From the NCBI GenBank assembly GCA_900546845.1, contig UREK01000010.1:5040-69039 (forward strand): a stretch of DNA of 64,000 bases, read 5' to 3'. The translations under genes were made by a program, and so were the position numbers. Source of the stretch: an uncultured Eubacteriales bacterium. GTDB lineage: Bacteria; Bacillota; Clostridia; Christensenellales; CAG-138. Positions 29,118-38,895 of this stretch are shown piece by piece. The notes below the pieces were generated by a model that had not been told where the DNA came from, did not search any database, and saw only the letters and a program-made list of their open reading frames with translations. Within the stretch, counting starts at the first letter, position 1. Every line of letters starts with the position of its first letter.

Positions 29118-30956
29118 CTATGCCACGTCGTGCTCGTATTGCAGCTTGTACAGCTTGTAATAGATGCCGCCCTGGCTGAGCAGTTCCTGGTGGTTCCCCT
29201 CCTCCATGATGCGGCCCTTGTGCATGACGATGATCTTGTCCGCGTTCTGGATGGTGGAAAGCCGGTGGGCGACGATGATGGTCGTCCTGCCCTCCATGAG
29301 CTTGCCGAGGGCGTCTTGGATCAGCGCTTCCGTTTCTGTATCGATGTTGGCGGTCGCCTCGTCGAGGATCAGCACGGAGGGCTTGAACGCAAGCGTCCGT
29401 GCGAAGGAGAGAAGCTGCCTCTGCCCGGCGGAAAACGCCGCGCCGCGCTCGATCACCTCATGCGAATAACCGCCCGGCAGGCGGGAAATGAACCCAGCCG
29501 CGTTCACCGTTTCGGCCGCGGAAACGATCTCCTCATCCGTGATGGCCGTTTCGTTCAGGCGGATGTTGTCCCGCACGTTGCCGGTGAAGAGGAACACATC
29601 CTGCAGCATCTGGCCGATGTTGCGGCGGAGATCCTCCAGGCGGATCTTGCGGATGTCGATGCCATCGATGAGGATGGCGCCCTTCTGGATGTCGTAATAC
29701 CGACAGATCAGGTTTTGGATCGTCGTCTTGCCCGCGCCCGTCGCGCCCACGAAGGCGACCCGCTGGCCGGGCTCCACGGTGAAGGAAACGTCCTGCAGCA
29801 CCCATTCTTCACCCCGGTACGCAAACCAGACGTTTCTGAACTCGATCTTGCCGCGGAACGTATCCACGCTGACGGCATCCGGTTCGTTGACGATCTGCGG
29901 CTCCGTATCGAGCAGCCAGAAGATGCGCTCCGCGCACGCGTTTGCAGATTGGACGGTATTGAACTGCTCCGCGAGCTCCTGGATAGGCTGGAAGAACTTG
30001 TTGATATAGCGCTGGAACACGACGAGCGTGCCGATGGTAACAAGGCCGTCGAGCGCCATGTTGCCGCCCACAAAGAGGAGGATCGCAAGCGCCGCGATGT
30101 TCATCACGTAGGAAACCGGGCTGTACAGCGCAAATGTGATGAGCTGCTTCATGTTGATCTTGCGCAGCTCCTCCGTGCGGTTCTCGAAATCCTCCTTCAC
30201 GTCGTTTTCCGCTGTGAATACCTGCACCACTTTCATGCCGGAAACGTGCTCCGCCACAAAGCCGTTAAGCTCGGAGATCTTCGCGCGCATCGTCCGGTAG
30301 ATCTTGCGCGTGGCGCTGCGGAACACGAACGTCGCAACCGTGATGAGCGGGATGACGATGAAGATATAGAGCGAAAGCTTCACATTCTGCGAAAGCATCA
30401 CCGCGATGACGCCCACGAGCACGAAGCAGCTTTTGAGGATGTTCACGATCACGCTTGTGAACATCTCGTTCACGGTTTCACAATCGTTCGTGACGCGGGT
30501 TACAAGCCGGCCGATCGGGTTGTCGTTGAAGAAGCCGACGTGCAGCTTCATCATGTGCGAGAAGATGTCGTTGCGCAGGTTGTAGATGATCTTCTGGCTT
30601 ACCATGGCAAGGATCGCCGCCTGCGCATAGGTGAGGCCCATGACGATAAGCACCGTCGCAAGATAGATGAGGCCAAGGCGCACCACGCCCGCAAGATCCG
30701 CCGCGCGCAGCTCCTTAAGCTGCGCGATGGAAAAGCCCTCGCTGCTGACCTGCTCATATTTGGAGACGAAGTTGTCCACCGCGTCGCCCAAGATCTGCGG
30801 CTGGTACAGTTCCAGCACCACAAGGATGAGGATGATCGCAAGCGCCAGCGCGAACCACCCCGCGTAGGGCTTTGCATACCGCAGCAGCCTGCGGTTGGGG
30901 GACGCCTTCTTCCCAGCGGGCTTTGCCCGCTTTGCGTTTTCTGTTTTCCTGCTCAC
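29118..30956 (-). CDS. ABC exporter, fused permease/ATPase (heterodimer partner)
   Basis: Six-TM domain plus Walker A GATGAGKTT, signature SAGQRQL and Walker B ILILDEATA. Confidence 0.9.
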   Translation of the reverse strand: MSRKTENAKRAKPAGKKASPNRRLLRYAKPYAGWFALALAIILILVVLELYQPQILGDAVDNFVSKYEQVSSEGFSIAQLKELRAADLAGVVRLGLIYLATVLIVMGLTYAQAAILAMVSQKIIYNLRNDIFSHMMKLHVGFFNDNPIGRLVTRVTNDCETVNEMFTSVIVNILKSCFVLVGVIAVMLSQNVKLSLYIFIVIPLITVATFVFRSATRKIYRTMRAKISELNGFVAEHVSGMKVVQVFTAENDVKEDFENRTEELRKINMKQLITFALYSPVSYVMNIAALAILLFVGGNMALDGLVTIGTLVVFQRYINKFFQPIQELAEQFNTVQSANACAERIFWLLDTEPQIVNEPDAVSVDTFRGKIEFRNVWFAYRGEEWVLQDVSFTVEPGQRVAFVGATGAGKTTIQNLICRYYDIQKGAILIDGIDIRKIRLEDLRRNIGQMLQDVFLFTGNVRDNIRLNETAITDEEIVSAAETVNAAGFISRLPGGYSHEVIERGAAFSAGQRQLLSFARTLAFKPSVLILDEATANIDTETEALIQDALGKLMEGRTTIIVAHRLSTIQNADKIIVMHKGRIMEEGNHQELLSQGGIYYKLYKLQYEHDVA

Positions 30957-32749
30957 AGCGCATACTCCTCCTTCTTCATTTTTTCCAGGAGCTGCCTGTG
31001 GTAAAGGTCCGCGTACATGCCGCCAAGCGCGACAAGCTCCTCGTGGTTGCCCATTTCGGTGATCGTGCCGCCGGAAAGGACGATGATCTTGTCCGCATGC
31101 TGCAAGGTGGAGATGCGGTGCGCGATGATGATGTTTGTCTTGCCCGCGCGCAGCGTATGCAGGTTGCGGAGGATCTGCTCCTCGGTATCCGTATCCACGG
31201 CGGAGACGGCGTCGTCCAGGATCAGGATCTCCGGATCGAGGATCAGCGCCCGCGCGATGGCGATGCGCTGCTTCTGCCCGCCGGAAAGGGACACGCCGCG
31301 TTCGCCGACCATGGTCTCATAGCCGTCCGCAAAGTCCATGATATTCTCATGTACGCAGGCCGCCTTCGCCGCGGCGATGATCTCCTCCTCCGTCTTGCTG
31401 TGGTCGCCAAAGGCGATGTTGTTCTTCACCGTGTCCGAGAAGAGGAAATTATCCTGCATCACATAGCCGGTCGCACGGCGCAGGGTGTTGAGCGAAACGC
31501 TGTGGATCTCCCGCCCGCCGATGTAGATCATATCCCGTCCGGGGTCGTCCACGCGCAAAAGCAGGTTCGCAAGCGTTGTTTTGCCCGCGCCTGTGCGGCC
31601 GACGACGCCGAGCGTCTCCCCGCGCTTTACGAGGAAGGAAACGTCATGCAGCACGTCCTTTTCCGTGCCGGGATAGCGGAAGGTGAGGTTCTCCACGCGG
31701 ATGTCGCCGGAGAGCGGCTCCTCTTTCCCGGCGGGGATCAGATCCGGGATGTCCGATTCCGTATGCAGCACAGCCTCCACGCGTTTGAGCGAGGCAGAGC
31801 CGCGGGTGACAACGTTGATGATCCTGCCGATGGAAGCGATCGGCCACACCAGCATGTTCAAGTATTGAATGAACGCAGAGAAGTCGCCCACGCTGATCTC
31901 CCCGAGGATAGCGATATAGCCGCCGTACGCGATGGCAATCGCCATCGCGCAGCCCGCGATCATATTCATGAACGGGAACATAAACGCCTGCACCTTCGCG
32001 TCACGGATGTTTGCTGTGCGGGATTCCATGTTTACCGTCTCAAACGCAAGGCATTCCTTTTGCTCCTGTACGAAGGCCTTGATGACCTTCACGCCGTTGA
32101 GCTTCTCCTGCACAAAATCGGCCACCTTGGAAAACGCCTCCTGGCGACGGGTAAACCGCTTGTGCATTTCCCGGCCGACAAACGTGCTCACCACGGCGAC
32201 GAGGCTCATCGGCAAAATGGCCACGATGCTCAGCCGCAGGTCGATCTCAAAGATCATCTTTGCCATCGTGGCAAGGCCGATCGCAAGCGCGTCAAGCCCC
32301 ATCATGATGGTGACGGCAAACGTCATGCGCACAGCCTCGATGTCGTTTGTCATGTATGCCATGATCTCGCCTGCCTTATGCTCATGGAAATATGAGGCGG
32401 GCAGCGTATTCAAATGGGAAAAGAGATCGTTGCGCATGTCGCGCTCGATCTTGCGCGCCGCGCCAAAGATGCAATAGCGCCAGGCGATGCGCCCGGCGAG
32501 CACGATGAGCGCGATCGCCGCCATCGTCAGAACCGCAGTAACAAAGCCGGACTGCGCAATGGTATTTGTTTCAATGCCGTCGATCACGTTGCCGACGATG
32601 ATCGGCACCTCGGTCTGCGCCAAGTCGATCAGGATCAGCACCGCCATGCCGATGAGGTAGCTCCACTTGTACTTCCGGATAAATCGCCGCGCATATGGGC
32701 TTCGGAGGATATCCATGATGCCTGCCTTGCGCGCCTTCTTTTTCCCCAT
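30953..32749 (-). CDS. ABC exporter, fused permease/ATPase (heterodimer partner)
   Basis: Walker A GRTGAGKTT, signature SGGQKQR and Walker B ILILDDAVSAVD. Start set to ATG 32749 after AAGGAG. 4-nt overlap with the partner gene. Confidence 0.9.
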   Translation of the reverse strand: MGKKKARKAGIMDILRSPYARRFIRKYKWSYLIGMAVLILIDLAQTEVPIIVGNVIDGIETNTIAQSGFVTAVLTMAAIALIVLAGRIAWRYCIFGAARKIERDMRNDLFSHLNTLPASYFHEHKAGEIMAYMTNDIEAVRMTFAVTIMMGLDALAIGLATMAKMIFEIDLRLSIVAILPMSLVAVVSTFVGREMHKRFTRRQEAFSKVADFVQEKLNGVKVIKAFVQEQKECLAFETVNMESRTANIRDAKVQAFMFPFMNMIAGCAMAIAIAYGGYIAILGEISVGDFSAFIQYLNMLVWPIASIGRIINVVTRGSASLKRVEAVLHTESDIPDLIPAGKEEPLSGDIRVENLTFRYPGTEKDVLHDVSFLVKRGETLGVVGRTGAGKTTLANLLLRVDDPGRDMIYIGGREIHSVSLNTLRRATGYVMQDNFLFSDTVKNNIAFGDHSKTEEEIIAAAKAACVHENIMDFADGYETMVGERGVSLSGGQKQRIAIARALILDPEILILDDAVSAVDTDTEEQILRNLHTLRAGKTNIIIAHRISTLQHADKIIVLSGGTITEMGNHEELVALGGMYADLYHRQLLEKMKKEEYAL

Positions 32750-33022
32750 GCTCTTCTCCTTCGTGATCTGTCGAAATAGATCAAAACTCAAAACATCTCA
32801 ATTCTAGCACTTGAAGCAGGCTTTATGTCAAGCCCTGCAACGGTTCGAAATGCAACCTGTTTGGTATTATATCGTATCTTGACGAAAAATTGAACCTGTG
32901 CGCAGTAACATTAACTTCGCCTTAACGCCTCCGGCGGCCTCTCTCCATTCGTTTGCAAAACGTGGTATTTGCCGCGCCAAATAGCCATAAATATAGGCAG
33001 AAACAGGAAGGAGCGCCAGGCA

Positions 33023-33586
33023 ATGCAAAACCGTGTCCGATTCAGCGAGGTTACGAAGGCATATCTATGCCGGTATTATGAGATCCTTGACGAAATGGTC
33101 CAAGGCATGACGCAGGCGAGGCTGACCGAAAGCATTTCCGGCAGCTTCATTGTTCAGATGATCCCGCACCACCGGGCGGCGATCGAAATGTCACGCAACC
33201 TTTTGCAGTACACCACCTGCGTCCCGCTTCAGGACATCGCCGCGAACATCATCTCCTCCCAGACGAAAAGCATCGAGGCCCTGCAGCGCGTGGACCCGCA
33301 ATGCGCCCTCGTACAAAACCAACCGCAGGACGTCTGCCTTTACCAGCGGAAGCTGCAGTCCATCCTGGGAACAATGTTCCATGAGATGCGGGAAGCCCCT
33401 GCCGACAACCGCCTCAACGCCGATTTCATCCGAGAGATGATCCCGCACCATGAAGGGGCGGTCCGCATGTCCGAAAATGCGCTGCGCTACCCGATCTGCC
33501 CGGAGCTCGTCCCGATTTTGCAGGCGATCATCACCTCCCAAAAGGCTGGGATCTGCAAGATGGAGCGCCTGCTCAAGCGGATGTGA
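33023..33586 (+). CDS. DUF305 domain protein
   Basis: Duplicated MIPHHRAAIEMS / MIPHHEGAVRMS motifs. The ATG at 33023 follows AGGAAGGAG. Confidence 0.8.
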   Translation: MQNRVRFSEVTKAYLCRYYEILDEMVQGMTQARLTESISGSFIVQMIPHHRAAIEMSRNLLQYTTCVPLQDIAANIISSQTKSIEALQRVDPQCALVQNQPQDVCLYQRKLQSILGTMFHEMREAPADNRLNADFIREMIPHHEGAVRMSENALRYPICPELVPILQAIITSQKAGICKMERLLKRM

Positions 33587-33599
33587 GCGCATTTCAGGC

Positions 33600-33789
33600 T
33601 GTCGCTAAAGTGGCACCTGCCACTTTAGCGAGGTTTGCACTTCGCGCTTGCGCCGCCCGCGCGGCGAGCGCTTCGCGTAAAGAAAGCCTTGCAACGCAAG
33701 GCTTTTCGCTCGCACCGCACAGTTTCGCTGCTCGCGATCAAAAGTCAAGGGCTGCGGCCCCTGACAATCCCGGGAAGACTTTTTCGACA
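33600..33789. repeat. family A element, copy 3 (same orientation as copy 2)
   Basis: The terminal hairpin is TCGCTAAAGTGGCAccTGCCACTTTAGCGA, with changes compensatory relative to the other copies. The middle hairpin has an altered loop (GCAACGC). Confidence 0.85.
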
Positions 33790-33844
33790 CGCTGCGACGC
33801 ATGCGGGCAGCCTTTCGGCTGCCCGCATGGTCCGCAATTCCAAT

Positions 33845-34138
33845 TTAATTCAGGAACACTTCCTTCGCCGTTTCCGGCAGGAAATAGCCCTTCATGTCGT
33901 ATTTGTTGTAAGTGCTGTATTCGGAGAGCACGCGCCCGCCAAGCGAATAGCTGCGGATGAAGCGCTTTCCGTCCACGCTCGTCCAATTTTCCGCATCCCA
34001 GCTTAGGTAGCCGTCCTCATCGGTCTGCTTTGCGTCGAACACAAGGTCGACCTGGCGGTTTTCTTTGGCGACGAGGTCGGTCAGTTCCGCTGTAGTCAAG
34101 TCGCGTTCGCATTTCTCTATCTTGTCAAAGACCTTCAT
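33845..34138 (-). CDS. hypothetical protein (97 aa), last gene of the grd transcription unit
   Basis: GGGAG lies 7 nt before the ATG, and the gene starts 13 nt after the grdD stop. No family recognised. Confidence 0.55.
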   Translation of the reverse strand: MKVFDKIEKCERDLTTAELTDLVAKENRQVDLVFDAKQTDEDGYLSWDAENWTSVDGKRFIRSYSLGGRVLSEYSTYNKYDMKGYFLPETAKEVFLN

Positions 34139-34151
34139 CCTTCCGCTCCCT

Positions 34152-35303
34152 TCAGCCCACGTAGCCCGCCTGGCGGAGGATCTCCAGCGCCTTCCCGTGG
34201 TTCGCCTCGCTCATCATCACGAGCGGGCCGGTGCAGCCCATGCCGGTTTCCGCGTAGATGCCCGCTTTCCAAAGCGCCTTCGCCGCATCCTCAAGATCCA
34301 TCACCTCGATGCCCGCAATGGACGCCGTGCAGGGCTCCGCCGGCGGGGCCTTCACTTCTTCCTCCGCCGCAGCGGGTTTCTGCGCCGCCTTGCGCGCCGC
34401 GAGGATTTTGCTGAGACCCGCCTGCTCCGCCTTGGCGAATTCCGCCCTGGCCTTCTCAAACACCTTGCCGCGCACGAGCTCCGCCGCATATTGCAGCGCG
34501 TTTGCGATGAGCGGCGCGCCGGAAGCCCGGGAGATGATGAGGATCAGCTTTTCATATCCCTGACCGATGCCGGGGCCATAGCCATAGCCCGTCGCCTCAA
34601 AGCTGCCGCCGGTCGTGTAGGCCGAAAGCATTTTGATGAGCACGTTGCCCGTAAGAGAATCGGTTACGAGTACATCCGGCGTACCCTGGAGCACATCGTT
34701 GCCACGCAGCACCGCGCCGCCGTCCGCCCGGGCGGAGCTTGCCCAGCGGAATTCGTAGCCCCCTTCCTTCAACTGGTTGAGCGCCATTTCCGCCTGCCGC
34801 GCGCCGTCCACGTTCAGGATGCCGACCGTGGGGTCTGCGACGCCGCAGGCCTTTGCAGCGATGATGCCGTCCACCGCGTTCAGAATCATGCCCTCGATGC
34901 GGTCGCCGCTCGAAGTGCCCGTGGTGTTTGCGATGAACATCTCCCGCCCGCGTGCCGGGGTTACCGCCCGGCCAACGGTCGAAACGCCGATCGGGAACGG
35001 GAAGTGCATCGTGACTGCGCCGTCCACCGCGCCGGATTCGACCATCTGCTCCATCTTCTTGTGGCCTTCCTCCTCGTTTGCGACGGGTACCGTCGTCACG
35101 CCCTCGGCGGTAAGCGTGCCGATGTAATATACATCTACGCCCCGCGCCGCGGCCATTTTGGCGGCGGCCATCGCGTTTTCCTCGCCGTGCTCGCTGCCCA
35201 TGCCCGTGAGGGCGATCTTTGGCCTCGCGGCGAAGGAACCCGTCTCCAGCCCTTCCGCCATCCTGAGGAAGGATTGCGCAATGATTGTTTCCACGTTTGC
35301 CAT
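34152..35303 (-). CDS. grdD: glycine/sarcosine/betaine reductase complex component C, alpha subunit
   Basis: MANVETIIAQSFLRMAEGL... matches the GrdD family and follows grdC. Start set to ATG 35303. Confidence 0.85.
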   Translation of the reverse strand: MANVETIIAQSFLRMAEGLETGSFAARPKIALTGMGSEHGEENAMAAAKMAAARGVDVYYIGTLTAEGVTTVPVANEEEGHKKMEQMVESGAVDGAVTMHFPFPIGVSTVGRAVTPARGREMFIANTTGTSSGDRIEGMILNAVDGIIAAKACGVADPTVGILNVDGARQAEMALNQLKEGGYEFRWASSARADGGAVLRGNDVLQGTPDVLVTDSLTGNVLIKMLSAYTTGGSFEATGYGYGPGIGQGYEKLILIISRASGAPLIANALQYAAELVRGKVFEKARAEFAKAEQAGLSKILAARKAAQKPAAAEEEVKAPPAEPCTASIAGIEVMDLEDAAKALWKAGIYAETGMGCTGPLVMMSEANHGKALEILRQAGYVG

Positions 35304-35317
35304 ACCGCGCACCTGCC

Positions 35318-36859
35318 TTATTCGGCCTGGCCCATCAGGGTAGCCGCGAATTCGCGCATCGCCTTTGCGATCAGCTTCTTGACCTCTTCTTCGCTCACGC
35401 CAGCCTCGGCGGGCGCGGCGCCCTCGTTCGCCTCGATCACAAAGGATACGCCGTCAAACAGGTTCGTCATGCGGCCGAGGAACAGCGAGCCCTTGCCAAT
35501 AATCATCACGCGCTTGATCTTGCCGGCAAGGATGTCATTGCGCGCAAAGCCGATGTATGGTACGCCGGAGGGAATGTGGCCCTGTGTCGGCGCCCAGCCG
35601 GTGAGGCCATGCTCCTCGGTGAACTTTGCAAGGTCCTTCTTTTCAATGTCCCCGCGCTTCACCGCAAGCGCAGCGATCATCTTGTAGTTGGCAAGCGGCA
35701 CGTCTCCCGCGCCCGCAGGCTTTGTGATGTCCGGATTCTGCATTTCGGGGGAGAATTTGTCCACATCCGTGACTTTAAGGCCCGCGCGCGCCAGCGGCTC
35801 GGTCACAAGGCTGCCGATGACGGCCTGCGGCGCAGAACCGGTGCCAACCGTGTGGCGGCCAAGGATGCTGAGGTTGATGGCCGGGCTCACGCCGTCGTCC
35901 TCACTGAGGATCACGGCAAAGCCGCCGATCATGTCCTCCAGGATGGGGAGGCCCTTCTTCACATGATCCTTGCCGTTCATGCCGAGCTTTGCGGTGCAGC
36001 CGCCTGCCGTGACGGCAACGGTCTTATACGCACCCGCCGCGACAAGCGCCGCTGCCTCTACCAGCGCATGCGCAGGGCCCGCGCAGAAGCCGCGCGTGTC
36101 GGAGCCGGTCGCATTGCCAAGGCCTGCGATCTCCGCAGCGCTCTTGGCAAAGTTGCCGCCGCCGCGCTGGTTCATGTCGCCGCAGGCTTCCTCAGAGCAA
36201 TCGATCACGTATTCGACCGCGCCCTTTTCAACGCCCGCGTTCTTCACCGCGCTCAGCAGCGCCAGCACGGAGGAAGCCTTGGAAACAAGGTTCTCGTGCA
36301 TCACGTGCGCGGAAAGGTTCGCGTCGATGTCGTGCGCGCGGTTCACACAGCCCACGAGCACGCCGTTATGGTACAGGCCTTCGGAGTGCTCCTCCGCCAC
36401 AAGCCGGGCGACCTCCGCCGCGTCCACACCCTCGCCCACGCGCGCAAGGATCGTTTCATCCATGAGCGGGTTCGCTGCAAGCGCAGCCTTATGTGCGGCG
36501 ACAAACGCAGCATCGAGCTTCACAAGGTCAAACACGTCGCAGGCCTGCATGAGCAGCAGGAACTCCTCCTGTGGCATGATCTGGCCAAACTGGCCAAAGC
36601 GGCTCGTCTCCGGGCACTTCTTGTCATGCCAGGGCTGCGGCACGGCCGCAAGTTCATCCGGCGTGACGTTGCCGATGTACACCTGGTTGGGGTAGTAGGA
36701 GAGCGTATCCTCAAAGCTGCGGATATGCTCCGGCAGTTCCTTTAAATATTCGCTTTCCGGGTTGACCACGCGCTCCGTGGTCTGCGTAGTGCCGTTGTGG
36801 ATCACCATGTCCGGCGTATGGACGAGGATGTAGCCCGCGCCCTTGATGATGCTTTTCAT
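35318..36859 (-). CDS. grdC: glycine/sarcosine/betaine reductase complex component C, beta subunit
   Basis: MKSIIKGAGYILVHTPDMVIHNGTTQT... and a thiolase-like body typical of GrdC. Confidence 0.88.
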   Translation of the reverse strand: MKSIIKGAGYILVHTPDMVIHNGTTQTTERVVNPESEYLKELPEHIRSFEDTLSYYPNQVYIGNVTPDELAAVPQPWHDKKCPETSRFGQFGQIMPQEEFLLLMQACDVFDLVKLDAAFVAAHKAALAANPLMDETILARVGEGVDAAEVARLVAEEHSEGLYHNGVLVGCVNRAHDIDANLSAHVMHENLVSKASSVLALLSAVKNAGVEKGAVEYVIDCSEEACGDMNQRGGGNFAKSAAEIAGLGNATGSDTRGFCAGPAHALVEAAALVAAGAYKTVAVTAGGCTAKLGMNGKDHVKKGLPILEDMIGGFAVILSEDDGVSPAINLSILGRHTVGTGSAPQAVIGSLVTEPLARAGLKVTDVDKFSPEMQNPDITKPAGAGDVPLANYKMIAALAVKRGDIEKKDLAKFTEEHGLTGWAPTQGHIPSGVPYIGFARNDILAGKIKRVMIIGKGSLFLGRMTNLFDGVSFVIEANEGAAPAEAGVSEEEVKKLIAKAMREFAATLMGQAE

Positions 36860-36986
36860 ATCAATAAACTCCGTCCTTTCAGCAATGATTGTTCCGTTTT
36901 TGCGTTTCCGCTCCGCGCGGCCGGAAGATGTGCTTTTACAGGTTGGGGCGGCGGCATCCGCCGCCGCCCCCTGCGTGTCCGCAGCC

Positions 36987-37457
36987 TTAATACTTGCAGT
37001 ATTGCTCGCGGATGCTGGTCATCTCGTTGACGATGTCGTCAACATCGAGAACCATCTCCATCATCTCGACCTGCTCGCTGTACACGTCAGGATCGAACTC
37101 TGCCTTGATTTCAGGCTCGCACACGTGATACACCCTGAGTCCCAACTGGACTCCTGTCAACGGACCGGCGTAAGTCGGGTCACCATTGGTGACCGTCTCC
37201 GCAGCGAGGCCAGCGGCTTCGCCTTCCGCAGCGCCCAAGAGAACGACGACGTTCTCGGGGCCGTACTGCTCGGCAAACCCTTTGACCCGCTTCTGGTTTT
37301 CCAGATCCATTGCACCAGCGGACGTTCAGACAAAGCACTCCGTTGAGGAAAACACGACCTCGGCGCCCGCGCTCTTAGCGCAAAGCTCGATGGCCTGCCC
37401 GGGAATGCCGTCCCGGTCACCGATCACGATGACCTTCTTGCCAGCTAAAATGCCCAT
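36987..37457 (-). CDS. grdA: glycine reductase selenoprotein A (in-frame UGA = Sec44)
   Basis: Reading through the TGA at 37326..37328 gives [61 protein letters not shown]... This joins onto track ORF 36987..37310. CFVUTSAGAMD is the GrdA active-site motif. RBS is AAGGAGGA. Confidence 0.92.
37326..37328 (-). other. UGA selenocysteine codon of grdA
   Basis: In frame 43 codons after ATG 37457. A potential stem (CCGCTGGT...ACCAGAAGCGG) lies immediately downstream. Confidence 0.85.
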
Positions 37458-37541
37458 GCCACATCCTCCTTTTCCTGTATTATAGAAAGCCCTCCGGCTT
37501 GCTACCGTTTCGCCGCGCCCATGAAGCCGGGCGCGTTCCGG

Positions 37542-37859
37542 TCAAATGTGTTTCTGGATCATCGCCTCGACGTTTTCCGGCGTGGCGTCATCCTTCACCA
37601 GGGAGTCAATCATCTCGCCGTTCTCGTAAATCGCGATCACGGGGAGGCCGAGCACCTTCTGGCTGATGGCCAGGCGGCGCGCCTTGGTGGTGTTGAGCGC
37701 GCAGAACTTCATCTGCTCGCCGTATTTTTCCGCATACGCATGCACGTGCGGCATCAGCGCGGCGCAGGGCACGCAGCCGTCGCCATAGAAATCCACAAGC
37801 ACCTTGCCGGATGCCTGAAGCACCTCGGGTTCAAACGTCGTCTTATCAACTTCCAGCAT
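37542..37859 (-). CDS. trxA: thioredoxin (grd-associated, GCVPC active site)
   Basis: VLVDFYGDGCVPCAAL; 105 aa. Confidence 0.9.
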   Translation of the reverse strand: MLEVDKTTFEPEVLQASGKVLVDFYGDGCVPCAALMPHVHAYAEKYGEQMKFCALNTTKARRLAISQKVLGLPVIAIYENGEMIDSLVKDDATPENVEAMIQKHI

Positions 37860-37881
37860 TGTTAAGCCCTCCTTTTGTACT

Positions 37882-38826
37882 TTATTTCAGGTTTGCGATG
37901 TACTTTTCCGCCTGCATGGCGGCGATCGCCCCGTCCGCGGCAGCGGTGACCACCTGGCGGAGGCTCTTCACACGCAGGTCGCCCGCAGCGAACACGCCGG
38001 GCAGGTTCGTGTGCATGTTGTCGTCCGTCTTAATGTAGCCGTTTTCCATCTCCACCATGCCTTCATAAAGGCCGGTATTGGGCAGAAGGCCGATGAAGCC
38101 GAACACGCCGAACATGCCGTCCTCCTCGTCCGCCTCGATGGTGGTCAGCTCGCCCGTTTTGGTGTTTTTGACGACCATTTTGGAGAGGATCTCGTCGCCG
38201 TCCACCTCGTCCACAACGCTGTTCCAGAGGAAGTGAAGTTTCGGGTTCGCAAACGCCTTTTCCTGGATGGATTTCGCGGCGCGCAGCTCGTCCCGGCGGT
38301 GGATGATCGTCACCTTGCGGGCGAACTTCGTCAGGTACATAGCCTCTTCAACAGCCGCGTCGCCGCCGCCGACCACGAACACTTCAAAATCCTCGAAAAA
38401 CGCAGCATCGCACGTCGCGCAGAAGGAGATGCCCTTGCCGACGAACTTGCCCTCGTTCTTGCAGCCGATGGGGCGCGGGAATGCGCCGGTCGCAAGGATC
38501 ACGGTCTTTGCCAGGTATTCGTCACCCTTCGCGCCGGTGAGCTTCTTCACTTCGCCGTCAAGCTCCACGCTTTTGATGGAATCCCGCGCGCGCTCCACGC
38601 CGAACTTTTCCGCCTGGGCAGTCATGCGGGCGATGAGCGAAGGGCCGGATTCGCCCTCGAGCTGCTGGCCGGGATAGTTTTCGATCTCGTTGGTGATGGC
38701 GATCTGCCCGCCATCCTGCCCCTTTTCGATGATGAGGGTGCTGAGCCTGGAGCGCCCGGCATAGAGGCCGGCAGTCAGGCCGGCAGGGCCTGCGCCCAGG
38801 ATGATCACATCATAAATCTTGCTCAT
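37882..38826 (-). CDS. trxB: thioredoxin-disulfide reductase
   Basis: YDVIILGAGPAGLTAGLYA, CATCDA redox site and VVGGGDAAVEEA. The ATG at 38826 is 9 nt after GGAG. Confidence 0.92.
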   Translation of the reverse strand: MSKIYDVIILGAGPAGLTAGLYAGRSRLSTLIIEKGQDGGQIAITNEIENYPGQQLEGESGPSLIARMTAQAEKFGVERARDSIKSVELDGEVKKLTGAKGDEYLAKTVILATGAFPRPIGCKNEGKFVGKGISFCATCDAAFFEDFEVFVVGGGDAAVEEAMYLTKFARKVTIIHRRDELRAAKSIQEKAFANPKLHFLWNSVVDEVDGDEILSKMVVKNTKTGELTTIEADEEDGMFGVFGFIGLLPNTGLYEGMVEMENGYIKTDDNMHTNLPGVFAAGDLRVKSLRQVVTAAADGAIAAMQAEKYIANLK

Positions 38827-38895
38827 TTTACTATGCTCCAAACGGATTTTGGGATAAGCCGCCTGCGGGAGACCCTCCGCAGGCGGCAGTTCTTG

